A stretch of 56,670 bases of DNA from a virus. Lineage: Duplodnaviria; Heunggongvirae; Uroviricota; Caudoviricetes. Within the stretch, counting starts at the first letter, position 1; every line of letters begins with the position of its first letter. Below, piece by piece: positions 1 to 16,256 of the stretch. The stretch lies in the IMG/VR virus record IMGVR_UViG_3300045988_159288; one strand, written 5' to 3'. Position numbers and translations under genes: made by a program. Below the pieces are notes generated by a model. It was not told where the DNA came from, made no database searches, and saw only the letters and a program-made list of their open reading frames with translations.

Positions 1-5149
<5,149 letters not shown>

Positions 5150-5160
5150 CAAGCATATCC

Positions 5161-5595
5161 TTATGCTGTAGTCGTGTTTATGGCCATAACTGCGGTATAT
5201 GTTTTGCCCACATACAGCGAGTCTTCCTGGACACAAATAATGGCGATTGGCTTGTTCTCGTTATCCAGAACAACCAGAGTGTTGAATGGGTAGTTTTTCC
5301 CTTCCTGCAACTGGCTTTGATCAAGGTCCATTCGGACAGTTATTATCCCGCCTGAGTAGGTTGGGACGAGGTTGATGGTGCAAAATTGACTGGTCAGTTC
5401 TGCCAGATCGAAAGCCTTTGGCAGTTCTCCAATCTCATAAGTGCCATCTCCTTTCTTAGTAACCAGTGAACTGGTACCGAAAACGGCCTTGCTGATTAAA
5501 AATCGAGAGCCTTTGTTAATGGACGATTCAGCGCGCCGCTGATAGTAATAGTCCAACAACTGACTCTTATAGAGGTTTGTTGAGACGTCAGACAT
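5161..5595 (-). CDS. Tail-fibre-associated protein, function unknown (P1 gene R position)
   Basis: 144 aa; RBS TAGGGAAAA before the ATG; immediately upstream of the fibre gene in the same operon. Confidence 0.5.
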   Translation of the reverse strand: MSDVSTNLYKSQLLDYYYQRRAESSINKGSRFLISKAVFGTSSLVTKKGDGTYEIGELPKAFDLAELTSQFCTINLVPTYSGGIITVRMDLDQSQLQEGKNYPFNTLVVLDNENKPIAIICVQEDSLYVGKTYTAVMAINTTTA

Positions 5596-5673
5596 GATTT
5601 TCCCTAATCAATGTTGTGAAGCCTCATTGTAAGAGAAGTAACTTGTCACCCCGCCCTGCGGACGGGGTGATTG

Positions 5674-6513
5674 TCAGGCGTCGCTATCCAGCAACAAATC
5701 ATCTGCGCGTGTGCGATCAAACGTAGGTGTCGCTTTCACAATAGTGCCACCAGGCGTTGCGGTGATCGGGGCGCTAATCGACGTAACTCCAGTAAGCGAA
5801 GTTGTATCCGAAGTTTCAAACCAGCAGAATGCTTTTTCGGTATCAGAAATCTCGTTCAAAGTGATCATGTCGGCCTGTTCATTTACAACAACCGACAAAT
5901 AGAGCGTAAGCCCATCAAACACTATATGCAGTGGCAGTAGAGGCTTTACGAACTGATTAAACTTTCTGAGAATTTCTTCTGTAATTGCGGACTGATCTAT
6001 CGTGCCAGTAATCCCCATTGTCCGGGCCAGGTCGTTTATGGGAATACTGATCATCCCTCTGGAAGTCAGAAACATCTCGCCGAATGTGCCGCCGGTAGTC
6101 TCCAGTGTGCTTTCTGGTATTAGAACCGTGCCATAGGGATGACGCTCAAGGTCCACCGGTGCATATATCGGATCCCATAAAACAGAAATACCGTTAAATT
6201 CGCGGTAAATTGTCTGGTTTATAGGGCGTTCAGTCCCCTTAAAGTGAATCTCATCAAGACGCTGTTGTAACAACATCGGAACGGAAGATGAGTTCGACGT
6301 TCTGATAGTAAAGAACTGGCCAAGTTCATTTGTCCTGGTCTCCAGATCCTCCTTGCTCATGGAAAAAATAGACTTCCGGTTGGTAATTCGCTCCAACCAT
6401 GGGTCAACAAAGGTATCCATCATTGACTGAACCAAATCAGCCAATGATTTATAGAGCAATGACTTTTGCTTAGCTGATGTAAGCCGGTTATTAAACCAGG
6501 AACGCTGCATCAC
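5674..6513 (-). CDS. Putative baseplate protein
   Basis: 279 aa; ATGA overlap with the upstream J-like gene; position between baseplate J-like and fibre genes. Confidence 0.45.
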   Translation of the reverse strand: MMQRSWFNNRLTSAKQKSLLYKSLADLVQSMMDTFVDPWLERITNRKSIFSMSKEDLETRTNELGQFFTIRTSNSSSVPMLLQQRLDEIHFKGTERPINQTIYREFNGISVLWDPIYAPVDLERHPYGTVLIPESTLETTGGTFGEMFLTSRGMISIPINDLARTMGITGTIDQSAITEEILRKFNQFVKPLLPLHIVFDGLTLYLSVVVNEQADMITLNEISDTEKAFCWFETSDTTSLTGVTSISAPITATPGGTIVKATPTFDRTRADDLLLDSDA

Positions 6514-7943
6514 TCCTCCTCATACGAAATATTAAAGGTGGAGTTTTCTGTATCCAGATAAACGAAATCGTAAAAGCCGTTGGACTCATTCCACTCGACA
6601 AATTCCAGATAAAAGTCGCGGAAATAACCCAGCGTTTCGATAAATGCCCAAACGTCTTTTTTCTTGATTAGGATGTACTTGCCGACACGGTTCGGATCAA
6701 AGAAAGTTGAGTCACGCCCAAATTTTGTTTCCAGTGCCGACTTCAGCTCATCAGTCACGTTCTCAATGGTCAGGCTTGCCGATATCCGCCCGGTGATGGT
6801 GATCTTAAAGGGTAGTTTTCTGACCTCTTTATACGAGAATTTCTTGTTCAACTCATTCGGCACCTTCTTAAAGGCAGCCAGGATCATTTCTTCAAGCTCT
6901 GACTGGCTTTTGTTTGGATGCCATCCTGAAATAAATATCTTATTGATATTCCGGACATTATAAGCACCATCTAATTTCTCTTGCTGGCCTTCGCCCCATG
7001 CCTTTACCCAGGACAGTCCCGGGATGTTACGCACCAGAAAATACGTATAGTCCCCGCCCCATACGACCTGATCATCATAGGCAAGGTAATATTGTGCACG
7101 ATTACGTGTGATCTCCGTTGTTTCGGCATCGGTACCTGCGGTTATGGGTGTCGTTGTCTTAACTGAAATCAAATTAGCTAAATTAGCCGCAGAATCGACA
7201 GGCGTCAGATTTTGGCCAGCAACCAAGGTTATATCTCCGTTGGTGCACCATACCTTAAGTGTAATGGTCGAGCCTTCTGGCGGTATTTGCCCAATTAGCC
7301 CATCACCGAATCGAACCCCCAACTGCTCGGATGGTTTATAAAACTCAACGTAGACCTGGCTTTTACTACCGGCTAACCGGAACATAGTGCTGGAAGACCA
7401 CTGCGTGGTCTTACCATCGGTCGTCACGAATACTTCCAGCTTATAGCAGACAGCAGTGAGAGCCTTTGATAACACGACTTCCAGAAATTCTTTGGCTGCC
7501 GTAACGGTATATGTCACCTCCTGGATTTCCAACTGTGCCACTTCTACCGTACCGGTGCCGTCAACCAACCTGCATACATCCATAGTCATGTAAGGGTACT
7601 GGTCGTCAGATATTAAAGGCATGTTTTTGGGGATTACCGCTGGGGCATCTTCACTTGTGGCGGTGATCTCAATCATCCCCGATGACGGTGTTGGCTTGGT
7701 ACCAACGTAACTATTCGTTTCTGCCGCTGCCAAGATAGAGGAACGCCGCGTCGCGGTCGATATAAAGCCTTCAGCCAGCGCCGCATCGGCATACTGAAAG
7801 CACCTGTAGACAATCTGGGTAATAAACAATGTCAGCATCGAGACAAATTGAGAGCCGACAAACTTCGACCAGAATGAATCTTTCTCGACAAGCTCTTCAA
7901 ACTCTGCACGAATACTGTCTTTAGTCGGTGTTGTTTTACTCAT
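6510..7943 (-). CDS. Baseplate J-like wedge protein
   Basis: 477 aa; size and position typical of the gpJ/gp6 family in contractile-tail baseplate operons; overlaps both neighbours by 4 nt. Confidence 0.5.
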   Translation of the reverse strand: MSKTTPTKDSIRAEFEELVEKDSFWSKFVGSQFVSMLTLFITQIVYRCFQYADAALAEGFISTATRRSSILAAAETNSYVGTKPTPSSGMIEITATSEDAPAVIPKNMPLISDDQYPYMTMDVCRLVDGTGTVEVAQLEIQEVTYTVTAAKEFLEVVLSKALTAVCYKLEVFVTTDGKTTQWSSSTMFRLAGSKSQVYVEFYKPSEQLGVRFGDGLIGQIPPEGSTITLKVWCTNGDITLVAGQNLTPVDSAANLANLISVKTTTPITAGTDAETTEITRNRAQYYLAYDDQVVWGGDYTYFLVRNIPGLSWVKAWGEGQQEKLDGAYNVRNINKIFISGWHPNKSQSELEEMILAAFKKVPNELNKKFSYKEVRKLPFKITITGRISASLTIENVTDELKSALETKFGRDSTFFDPNRVGKYILIKKKDVWAFIETLGYFRDFYLEFVEWNESNGFYDFVYLDTENSTFNISYEEE

Positions 7944-8299
7944 AGCACCACGTCCTGTGTGATAGTTATATCCCTGATACGAATGGATATTTTCAACTTA
8001 TCAAAAGCATCTCCCTCGGCTACTGACAAGCCAGAAATCGGTATGTCAGATAAATCTACCGTCAGTTTTTGCAACAGCATTGCCTCAACCGCAATTTGAA
8101 CATGCGACAAGTTGGTCGGTTCGTGTTTAAACTGCGGTAAAACATTGCCCCATGACGGATCTCCGTATACCTCACCCTGATAAGTGTTTAGCCACTCATA
8201 TAAACGAGCGCCCCAGGCCTCCTCCTGGGACTCATACGTTTTTACGCCGGATAACTCCAGCGTCAGCAAAGGATCAATTTCGTTATTGTTGGCCATCAA
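7940..8299 (-). CDS. Small baseplate protein (GpW/gp25-like, putative)
   Basis: 119 aa; translationally coupled between the tape-measure gene and the J-like gene. Confidence 0.4.
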   Translation of the reverse strand: MMANNNEIDPLLTLELSGVKTYESQEEAWGARLYEWLNTYQGEVYGDPSWGNVLPQFKHEPTNLSHVQIAVEAMLLQKLTVDLSDIPISGLSVAEGDAFDKLKISIRIRDITITQDVVL

Positions 8300-11200
8300 T
8301 CAACTCTCGCGTAGTCATTCATCAACGGATCATCAATTGACAGTGGTACCGTGCGCATAACGCCCGGCTGAGGCGTGCTGACCTTTACGACAGTTCCCTG
8401 GCCTTTCGCCGAGTCTTTGGTGTGCTCTTCAATCCTGGCAAGTAATGAGGTCATCTGCGCAAACAGCCGCTTCGTTTCACCATCAAGTGAAACGGTATTA
8501 TCAGCCAACTGCATTGTCGGCTTGGCACCGGAACCACCAAGGTCACTAATAACCTGTCCGTCTATCTGCATACGACCGGTTGGTTGCTGCAAATCGTTGG
8601 CGGCAGTCGTCACCTGGGACGTGGAGGCTGGTTCAGGCGCATTATTTTTCCGCATCCCCGGCGAGTTGCGGAGTTTATCGAATAGTCCATCAATCCCCAT
8701 TTGTGCGCCGAGTTGGTCAAAGTAACTTGAGTTGCTGGTCACCGGACGCGCCTCTTCAACTGGCATCGGAGTATCAACATACACATTGCCAGCTGCTGTT
8801 GCGGTCCCCTTCCCTCGTGCACGTTCTTCGAGCGTTCCCTGAACGACTTCCCGACGCATACCCCGGCCATTCATGAATTTGTTGACCAGATCGTTAACGC
8901 CAACAGCATTGCCGATTTTGTCTACCAGACCGCCTTTCTCAAACGGGCTATCACCAGGGGTAAACGCCAGGCCAGTAGACTGATCGATAACAGCGTTATC
9001 AGGCAGTGGTCCCCTCACTCCATATTGCGCCCCACCCTGTGCTCCTGCTCCAGGTGTATAGATTTCACCACCTAAATAGCGAGCACGATGAGTATTGACC
9101 TTGATCGCGTACTCACGGTTTTCTTTCGATAAGTCACCTGTGCCTTTTTTCCACTTATTGATAGTGCCAAACCCAGCGTTATATGCAGTGATGGCCTCGT
9201 TTAAGTCTCCATTGGCTTGCTTCAGATACTTGCTCATGAGAAGAGCCGCAGCTTCTGCCGATTTCACAGGATCAAACGATTCACCTTCAGCTAAGCCAGT
9301 CTCTTCACGAGCAATCCCCGTGAACTGAAACATTCCCAGAGCACCGGTTTGGGATTTTGCATACGGATTACCACCAGATTCAGTTGCAGCAATCGCGTAA
9401 AGAGTGCCTTCTGGAAGACCATATTTATTCTCTAGTTCAGCAAAATACGGAGCCAACTTATCGAGATTTGCCTTACCTTCAGATCCAAGACTTCCGACTT
9501 TTACATCCAAGCGGCCATTGTTGTAGGTATCCGCAGCTTTCTGAATGTCATTCCTGGTGCCAGTGGTATTAAGCGACGATGATGACGAGCTATTTTGACC
9601 AATAGCTTTATCAATTTTCTGCAACGCGCTATTGCCCGTTTCTGCGGCATTTGCATTGATAATCTGATTCGCAGTTTCTTTAACTGTTTTATTGCTATCT
9701 TTCGCCGTGTCCAGTGCCGCATTTATCACGCGGGTAACAATATTAGTCTGTTTGGCATCGGATTCAGTTTTAGAATCAGATGTCTCCTGGTGGCTATTAA
9801 CCGGAGCTTTTAACTCTGGAGCGATTTCTTTCGCATTAGCCTCGCCGATCGGATTGGGTATTTTTGATACAATCATTGCCGCAGGGGTATTTTTAACGGC
9901 ATCAACCGCTGCATCTAATGCTTTACCAGGTAAATTTTTAACCCCATCCCAAATATTACCAGCCGCCTCTTTAATGTGTTTCCCTGGGTTCTTAATGAAA
10001 TCAATTGCACTATCAATTGCATCACTGAAAACCTGTTTCAGGTTATCAACAGTAAAGAAGTCTTTGATGGCATCCAGCTTTTCAAGCAGCTTATTAGATG
10101 TATCGCTAAACCATGCTGAAACAGCATCACCAATCTTTGCTGTGTAATCTTCGAACTTGGTAGAAATGGTGTCGCCAAGGTTAGAAATATATGTTTCTAA
10201 GTTGGTAATCCCACTATCAATGGCCTGGGCAATACTTTCCGTCGAAAATGATTGCAACATATTGCCGATATCCTCAAATCCAAGTGATTTGAGAACCTCA
10301 CCAATGGCGCTGCTAATACCAGATACCAGTCCCCCCATATCAAGAACATTGGCTAACGTATAAGCGGCTTTTTGCTGGAATGATGGATCTTGTCCTGATT
10401 TAAGCCCAAACGCTCGACGTTGCGCTTCTGTATCATTCCAACCGGTTACCGCATCATAAATACCTCCAGCCACTGTGCCGACTAAGGGAATTGCGCGTAA
10501 CGCCCCTTTACCAACTGCCTTTAATCCAAGTTTACCTGCTGCCCGGGCAGCCAAATCTCCACCTTCATGGGCGATAGTCTTCTTGCCACCACCGCGTAGC
10601 ATTCCTACAAGTTTCTTTGCCCCCAGAGCGCCAAAAGCGAGTGCTCCAGCTTTTTTCAGCATGCCACGCCCCATTAACAACGACGCGACGCCACCGGCCC
10701 CCTTCCCTAACAGGCTAAATAGTTTGGACAGCAAGCCGCCCTTCTTTTTCCCGGTGTTTTTGGCTATCTGATCAAGGGCGCTGAGAATCTTGTCATTGCC
10801 CTCTTTAATTTCGCTGGTCTGCTCCTGAAGTTCCTGAACTGTCCGTTTTTGGGTGTTAACCTGAACGACATCGGCACTATTTTGCGATTTACGCCTAAAA
10901 AAACCTTTTCTACGGCTGTTATCGTCATTGCCACGAATCACATCGGCAATAGACTTTCTGGCACCATTAAGCGATCCACCAACTTCTTTTGATATCCCGC
11001 CAAGCTCCTTCCCTGCTGCCCACAATGGACCAGCAACGGCATAACCTAACGCATCAACGGCACGAGTCTCTGAAGGGTTACCTATGCCTTCAGCTACTTT
11101 TGACAGTTTTTTTAATAAACCTGATTCAGCATTTAGACGCTCATCATCCTCTTTGCGCCTGGCCTTTTCAGCACGTTCAGCACGGGCATCTTCCGCTGCG

Positions 11201-11688
11201 GCCTTACTCCCTGACTTTCCAATAAAACGACCACGCGCATCGCGTTGGTTTTGGCTTTTTTGCGCGCCGCCTTTTTGATCGAACATTTCGCGAGCGTGTT
11301 CGGCTGCTTCGGTCCGTTGTGCCTTTATATCCTCTGGTATAGCCTTCCTGCGTCTTTTTTTACCCTTTGGTGTAGTTGATTTGGCCTGCTGTTCCTGTTG
11401 AGCAATGCCCTCCTGAACTACACGAGAAACGTCCCCTAAATTAAGCCGTTTCATTGCGTCAACAATAGGGTCTACTGATGGCGCTTTGGCCACAAAGTCA
11501 GGCCGGGAATCTTCGATTGTGCGATTTAATGCCGACACGCTGCGAGAGACAGGATCAACAGTAGCAACTCGCCCACCTTTCAAATCTTCAACAGCTTCCC
11601 GGATACCAGCAAGCTCTTCCAGCTCTTTTGCGCTGGCGGTTTCAACTGTCCTTATAACATCGTCAATATTGGCGTTTTTTCTTTCCAT
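8296..11688 (-). CDS. sit: Tape-measure-like structural protein with C-terminal soluble lytic transglycosylase domain
   Basis: 1130 aa; Gly/Lys/Ala-rich helical repeats; SLT motif block LYAIAATESGGNPYAKSQTGALGMFQF; matches the size and position of P1 Sit. Confidence 0.75.
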   Translation of the reverse strand: MERKNANIDDVIRTVETASAKELEELAGIREAVEDLKGGRVATVDPVSRSVSALNRTIEDSRPDFVAKAPSVDPIVDAMKRLNLGDVSRVVQEGIAQQEQQAKSTTPKGKKRRRKAIPEDIKAQRTEAAEHAREMFDQKGGAQKSQNQRDARGRFIGKSGSKAAAEDARAERAEKARRKEDDERLNAESGLLKKLSKVAEGIGNPSETRAVDALGYAVAGPLWAAGKELGGISKEVGGSLNGARKSIADVIRGNDDNSRRKGFFRRKSQNSADVVQVNTQKRTVQELQEQTSEIKEGNDKILSALDQIAKNTGKKKGGLLSKLFSLLGKGAGGVASLLMGRGMLKKAGALAFGALGAKKLVGMLRGGGKKTIAHEGGDLAARAAGKLGLKAVGKGALRAIPLVGTVAGGIYDAVTGWNDTEAQRRAFGLKSGQDPSFQQKAAYTLANVLDMGGLVSGISSAIGEVLKSLGFEDIGNMLQSFSTESIAQAIDSGITNLETYISNLGDTISTKFEDYTAKIGDAVSAWFSDTSNKLLEKLDAIKDFFTVDNLKQVFSDAIDSAIDFIKNPGKHIKEAAGNIWDGVKNLPGKALDAAVDAVKNTPAAMIVSKIPNPIGEANAKEIAPELKAPVNSHQETSDSKTESDAKQTNIVTRVINAALDTAKDSNKTVKETANQIINANAAETGNSALQKIDKAIGQNSSSSSSLNTTGTRNDIQKAADTYNNGRLDVKVGSLGSEGKANLDKLAPYFAELENKYGLPEGTLYAIAATESGGNPYAKSQTGALGMFQFTGIAREETGLAEGESFDPVKSAEAAALLMSKYLKQANGDLNEAITAYNAGFGTINKWKKGTGDLSKENREYAIKVNTHRARYLGGEIYTPGAGAQGGAQYGVRGPLPDNAVIDQSTGLAFTPGDSPFEKGGLVDKIGNAVGVNDLVNKFMNGRGMRREVVQGTLEERARGKGTATAAGNVYVDTPMPVEEARPVTSNSSYFDQLGAQMGIDGLFDKLRNSPGMRKNNAPEPASTSQVTTAANDLQQPTGRMQIDGQVISDLGGSGAKPTMQLADNTVSLDGETKRLFAQMTSLLARIEEHTKDSAKGQGTVVKVSTPQPGVMRTVPLSIDDPLMNDYARVD

Positions 11689-11769
11689 GATCTTATCGCC
11701 TACCGTTTCGGTTTAAGTTTTTCTTCCAGTTTCTCCAACAGGAAAAACGCATAGGATTCAGTAAGCCTT

Positions 11770-12651
11770 TCAGCGTCCTGAATCGGTATACCCCCATACA
11801 AAACCAGGTTGGACACTAAGGTCTGATAGCTTTTCAATCCCCACCTGTGGAATGAAGTCGGTAGCCCGAAAGGGCACCCACAGACGGGTATACGCACCCT
11901 CTGTGGACTCCTTTGTATCCTGGTTTGGGCATTTGTGCGGCGGGAGACGAAGACGCATTTCGCCTTTATCGATGTAGCACGGTAAACCATGTTCGAGCTT
12001 TTCATGAGCCAGCCGGATGTGTGCCGCCAGCTTCATAAATTCAGTATCAATGGCCATCCGTTTGATCGTTTCATAACGACGCTCAGCCTGCTCTTCACGA
12101 GTACCGCTAACATCGTTATAAAGTTCACACTGATAAGCGAATTCCCAAAAACGCAAATCAACGATCGCTTCTTTGAATTCCGCGTCGTCTTCAGGTGGCA
12201 ATGCTGTTCGGCGCATCTCCAGCATTTCCATTGCCCAACCATCAAGCGGCACGATACGCCATTGATAAGGCACGCCCTCTACAGACACCTCAATATCGTC
12301 AATGAACGGTTCCACTTCCAGGACCTGGATATCTTCAGCCAGAGCATTCATATCGCAATCGTAATAATGCTCTTTACCGCAATGTTTACAGGTGTAGGTA
12401 AATGTCTCGATCGGTGTTTCGCGGGAGCCAGTAAATATCCACCATAACGCGGTAATCCGGTCCTGTGCCGTCCATTTCAGTGGATCATGTTTCGCAGCTT
12501 CAGCCAGCAAGGCTTTTAAATACGCTGTTGTCTGCTGTTCTTGTTCCTCCGGTGTTATCGAGTTGAAACGCATCGCATCAGCAATATTTGGCTGACGGAA
12601 CTGGATTAATTCAGTTGGCCGCGATGGTAGCGGGAAAAGGGGTAAAAGCAT
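11770..12651 (-). CDS. Phage structural/morphogenetic protein with a CxxC...C cluster
   Basis: 293 aa; RBS AAGGAG 5 nt before the ATG; CKHCGKEHYYDCD motif. Confidence 0.4.
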   Translation of the reverse strand: MLLPLFPLPSRPTELIQFRQPNIADAMRFNSITPEEQEQQTTAYLKALLAEAAKHDPLKWTAQDRITALWWIFTGSRETPIETFTYTCKHCGKEHYYDCDMNALAEDIQVLEVEPFIDDIEVSVEGVPYQWRIVPLDGWAMEMLEMRRTALPPEDDAEFKEAIVDLRFWEFAYQCELYNDVSGTREEQAERRYETIKRMAIDTEFMKLAAHIRLAHEKLEHGLPCYIDKGEMRLRLPPHKCPNQDTKESTEGAYTRLWVPFRATDFIPQVGIEKLSDLSVQPGFVWGYTDSGR

Positions 12652-12665
12652 CCTTGCTCCTTAAT

Positions 12666-13277
12666 TTAAAGCGAAAAACTAAAGCCCAGAAGGGAAGCTA
12701 AAGAACTTGAGGATTGGTTAAACGTGCTGTGCAATGCGAAGGTCATTGGGAATGACTTAAATTCCGTAACCTGATCCCGCGCATAGGTGACATCGCCGGT
12801 AGTGACCGGGAATACCGTCATCTCATTTTCCAGTTTGGTTAAACCGGAGGACAGCAACCGATAAATACGCACATTGAGCAAATATTTAGACGGTATATTC
12901 CCGGTACCGTCCGGATTGATCACCCGACTTTTTGCCGTCTTAAACCAGTCCAAAACGAGGCCATCAACGGTATCCCTGACCATCATTGTTATCTGCCCAG
13001 GCGAACGCTCCGTTGGCTGAAGGATATTCCCTCCGCCGATTTTAATCGTTTCATATTCGATGCTGTAATCGTGGTAGGTAATGTCTTTAGCAAAGAAGTC
13101 TGCCCCCTCCAGACCATCAACTTCGACAGAGAACTGCCATCCTTGCGCGAACAGCATTTTGTTCATGATGATTGACGTCAGCTTGCCAACTTCCCGCTCA
13201 CCAACGCCGGAGCCAAATAATGTCGTCGTTAATGCCGAAGATACATAAGACTTTACTGAAGCAACATTAAGCCCCAT
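12666..13277 (-). CDS. Putative tail/baseplate protein
   Basis: 203 aa; in the late operon upstream of the tape-measure gene. Confidence 0.4.
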   Translation of the reverse strand: MGLNVASVKSYVSSALTTTLFGSGVGEREVGKLTSIIMNKMLFAQGWQFSVEVDGLEGADFFAKDITYHDYSIEYETIKIGGGNILQPTERSPGQITMMVRDTVDGLVLDWFKTAKSRVINPDGTGNIPSKYLLNVRIYRLLSSGLTKLENEMTVFPVTTGDVTYARDQVTEFKSFPMTFALHSTFNQSSSSLASLLGFSFSL

Positions 13278-13287
13278 ATCAGCCCCC

Positions 13288-13878
<591 letters not shown>

Positions 13879-13885
13879 TTACCCG

Positions 13886-13907
13886 ATTATACGAGTTGTC
13901 ATTTGTT
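13886..13907 (-). promoter_or_regulatory. Putative phage late promoter (ACAAATGAC-N7-TATAAT)
   Basis: Minus strand reads AACAAATGACaactcgTATAAT, 31 nt before the ATG at 13854. The same motif recurs upstream of two other late operons (26548, 46982). Confidence 0.5.
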
Positions 13908-14007
13908 ACCGGTCAGTCTACACATTTCAGATGCTGCGTTAAAAAACCCAAGTACTTCAAGTAGCACATCATCATCAACACCCAGCCCCAAGATACGGTG
14001 ATAAAAT

Positions 14008-15075
14008 TCAAGCCTTAAGAGGCTTTGTGTATGTTCGTGTAATCCATCCAGTAATAAACTCGTCCCCTGATTTAACCTGCACGAAAAGCCATTGGCGATC
14101 TTTTTTATCTAAAACAGCCACTATAGTATTTTTGCCAATGCATTCAATCACCTCACTATTTATAGAAGGACTGACGTGTAATCTTACGTTCTCACCAGTT
14201 ATAAAACGAAAACCATTGAGATCTTCCCAACTAATTTCTTTGTTTTCTTTAATTAATTGTTGTTTTGATATTGGTTTATCCTCAAACAGAGATATAAAAT
14301 ATGATTCTGCCTTGTGTATTCCCAGCAAGGTTTTCTCTTTTCCGTAATCAATAAAAGCACCAAACACAACTTGAGAAAATATAACCATTAGTAACCATTG
14401 CAGTGGATAAGGAAGCTCTTTAAATGAATCAACAAACTTTGAGCTAGGTTTATTTAATCCTTTATTTTGAACATTACTTTTGGTGTGTGATGTTTCAGTA
14501 GCACCTTCAGCATAAGCCTGCGCAATAGATGAAATCCCCTGCTCTATTATTTGATGTAATGAAGCATTTCTTGTTCTAGCATAGTGATCTAGTACTTTCT
14601 TTATGTCTTGGCTTACATCTATTTTATAACTTGCACTTTGTTGTAATTCTTTAAGTATCGCTTGCATGTTATTTAAACCAGCTTGCTTATTAAGCACCTC
14701 AAGCTGTTTTCGTAATGGCATAGCTATTTCGGCCTGTTTCCTTAGCATTTGAATATATCTATTTGCATCATGAGGGAAAAGAACCTGAGTCTGTTTCTGT
14801 AAAATCGCGATATGTTCACGATACTTGCTGCCTATTCCAGCCAAGTTCGGTATACTAGCCAATTGTTTTCGAAGAGAGTTACTAATTACAGCTTGTCTAT
14901 TCAATCTTGTCATATTTTGAAAAGAATGTTTTTCTATTCCTAATTGTTTTTGCAAGATCGCTACGTGATCTTTGTATGATGGAATGAGCACTGACTGTTT
15001 ATACAGTAACTTCAACTCATTAGAATTAGTAATTTTTGTCATATTATTCCATTTATATAATAGAATATTACGCAA
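14008..15075 (-). CDS. Bitopic membrane protein: helical repeat N-terminus, one TM helix, C-terminal SH3b-like domain
   Basis: 355 aa; repeated xxILQKQ segments; TM LQWLLMVIFSQVVFGAFIDY; C-terminal block GENVRLHVSPS...GDEFITGWI; lies in the AT-rich block. Confidence 0.5.
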   Translation of the reverse strand: MRNILLYKWNNMTKITNSNELKLLYKQSVLIPSYKDHVAILQKQLGIEKHSFQNMTRLNRQAVISNSLRKQLASIPNLAGIGSKYREHIAILQKQTQVLFPHDANRYIQMLRKQAEIAMPLRKQLEVLNKQAGLNNMQAILKELQQSASYKIDVSQDIKKVLDHYARTRNASLHQIIEQGISSIAQAYAEGATETSHTKSNVQNKGLNKPSSKFVDSFKELPYPLQWLLMVIFSQVVFGAFIDYGKEKTLLGIHKAESYFISLFEDKPISKQQLIKENKEISWEDLNGFRFITGENVRLHVSPSINSEVIECIGKNTIVAVLDKKDRQWLFVQVKSGDEFITGWITRTYTKPLKA

Positions 15076-15116
15076 CCAATGTTTTATTGATTGCGTTAAT
15101 CTTTAACACAGAAAGA

Positions 15117-15593
15117 TCATTTGCCTCGTTTAATACATCCATCCATTTTGGCTTGTTGATACAACTTACTTAGCCCAGAAAGAGGGAATGTAGCAATTTT
15201 TTCATTATCAACATAAGCATCAATCATATTAGCATTTGAATCTGCTGCATCTTGCCAAAAGGCATACCACCAAGAATCTCCAACCATTGATCCAAGATTG
15301 CTAAAAGGATATTGCTCACCATCTATAGTTAATACTATTTTATTCTTGTCAGCATTATACTCTTTTTTATTATTCGACGAACTTAGCAACAAGCCTAAAC
15401 TACCTGCACTATCTGGTGAACCATACATGAATCCCATATCACATAAAAAACTTATCTTATCACCATTATGATTATGGATTGTATATTCTCTCCCCCCTCT
15501 CTCTTCAATTACATTCCATTGTAGAGGATCAATTTTTGCAAATGTTCCTGCTGAAACTAACGATACAAATAATAAAAACCATCTCATATTCAT
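15117..15593 (-). CDS. Secreted/periplasmic protein of unknown function
   Basis: 158 aa; N-terminal signal peptide MNMRWFLLFVSLVSAGTFA; two Cys residues; AT-rich codon usage. Confidence 0.5.
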   Translation of the reverse strand: MNMRWFLLFVSLVSAGTFAKIDPLQWNVIEERGGREYTIHNHNGDKISFLCDMGFMYGSPDSAGSLGLLLSSSNNKKEYNADKNKIVLTIDGEQYPFSNLGSMVGDSWWYAFWQDAADSNANMIDAYVDNEKIATFPLSGLSKLYQQAKMDGCIKRGK

Positions 15594-15615
15594 TCTTTTC
15601 GCTTCTTATCTGTAA

Positions 15616-15966
15616 TTATTCTGCAATATCATTTGCCCATTGCACGGCAGCAAAATGAGTACCCAAACCACTCAGGAAAGCAATTACCCCCAAAACAATA
15701 CTTGCTGCTGTTGATTCAAACAAAGTACCAATACTATAGCCAATAGCTCCCCATACTAAGCTAAATACAATCATCAATGGTATTGCTAGAAATTTTATTC
15801 TTAAACTAAAAATCAGTCCAAGAAAAGAACCGCCAAAGGCCCACCATGATTTAGACATTAAACCTATCAGTATTGACAGAATTCCTATTTCAATAAAGAG
15901 AATATTAGATTGCTCTTCATTGAATTTCGCATTTGTTACACCTTTACGAACATGTTCAGATGACAT
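15616..15966 (-). CDS. Small polytopic inner-membrane protein
   Basis: 116 aa with 3-4 hydrophobic helices; RBS AGGAGA before the ATG; first gene of the cassette. Confidence 0.5.
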   Translation of the reverse strand: MSSEHVRKGVTNAKFNEEQSNILFIEIGILSILIGLMSKSWWAFGGSFLGLIFSLRIKFLAIPLMIVFSLVWGAIGYSIGTLFESTAASIVLGVIAFLSGLGTHFAAVQWANDIAE

Positions 15967-16015
15967 GATTAACTATCTCCTGCCACAGATAAAACGCCTT
16001 AAAATAACATTTTGT

Positions 16016-16044
16016 AGCATAAAGTTTCACCATGCAATGGTCAA
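16016..16044 (-). promoter_or_regulatory. Sigma70-type promoter for the AT-rich cassette
   Basis: Minus strand TTGACC (16044-16039), 17-nt spacer, TATGCT (16021-16016); about 45 nt upstream of the ATG at 15966. Confidence 0.5.
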
Positions 16045-16049
16045 AATCT

Positions 16050-16078
16050 TTGACCCATATCAATTAAACTCATACATT
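16050..16078 (+). promoter_or_regulatory. Divergent sigma70-type promoter reading toward the immunity-type module
   Basis: TTGACC (16050-16055), 17-nt spacer, TACATT (16073-16078). Confidence 0.4.
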
Positions 16079-16112
16079 TTAGTTACCAGAGAAATAATTT
16101 ACATGGTTGCAA

Positions 16113-16129
16113 GTTGCTCTAATTATTTT
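16113..16129 (+). promoter_or_regulatory. Degenerate C1-type operator (P1 Op51 position)
   Basis: GTTGCTCTAATTATTTT matches the 17-bp C1 operator consensus ATTGCTCTAATAAATTT at 14 of 17. Confidence 0.45.
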
Positions 16130-16256
16130 ATTTTTTTAGCTTCATATGCTACATTAACTTGCTTGCGTGCTAATGCATTTTCGGTTTATCCTAAACAGGC
16201 ATCTTAGTAAAACGGATGCCGGGATTGGAACCCCGGATAATGCAAAAGGCGACATA

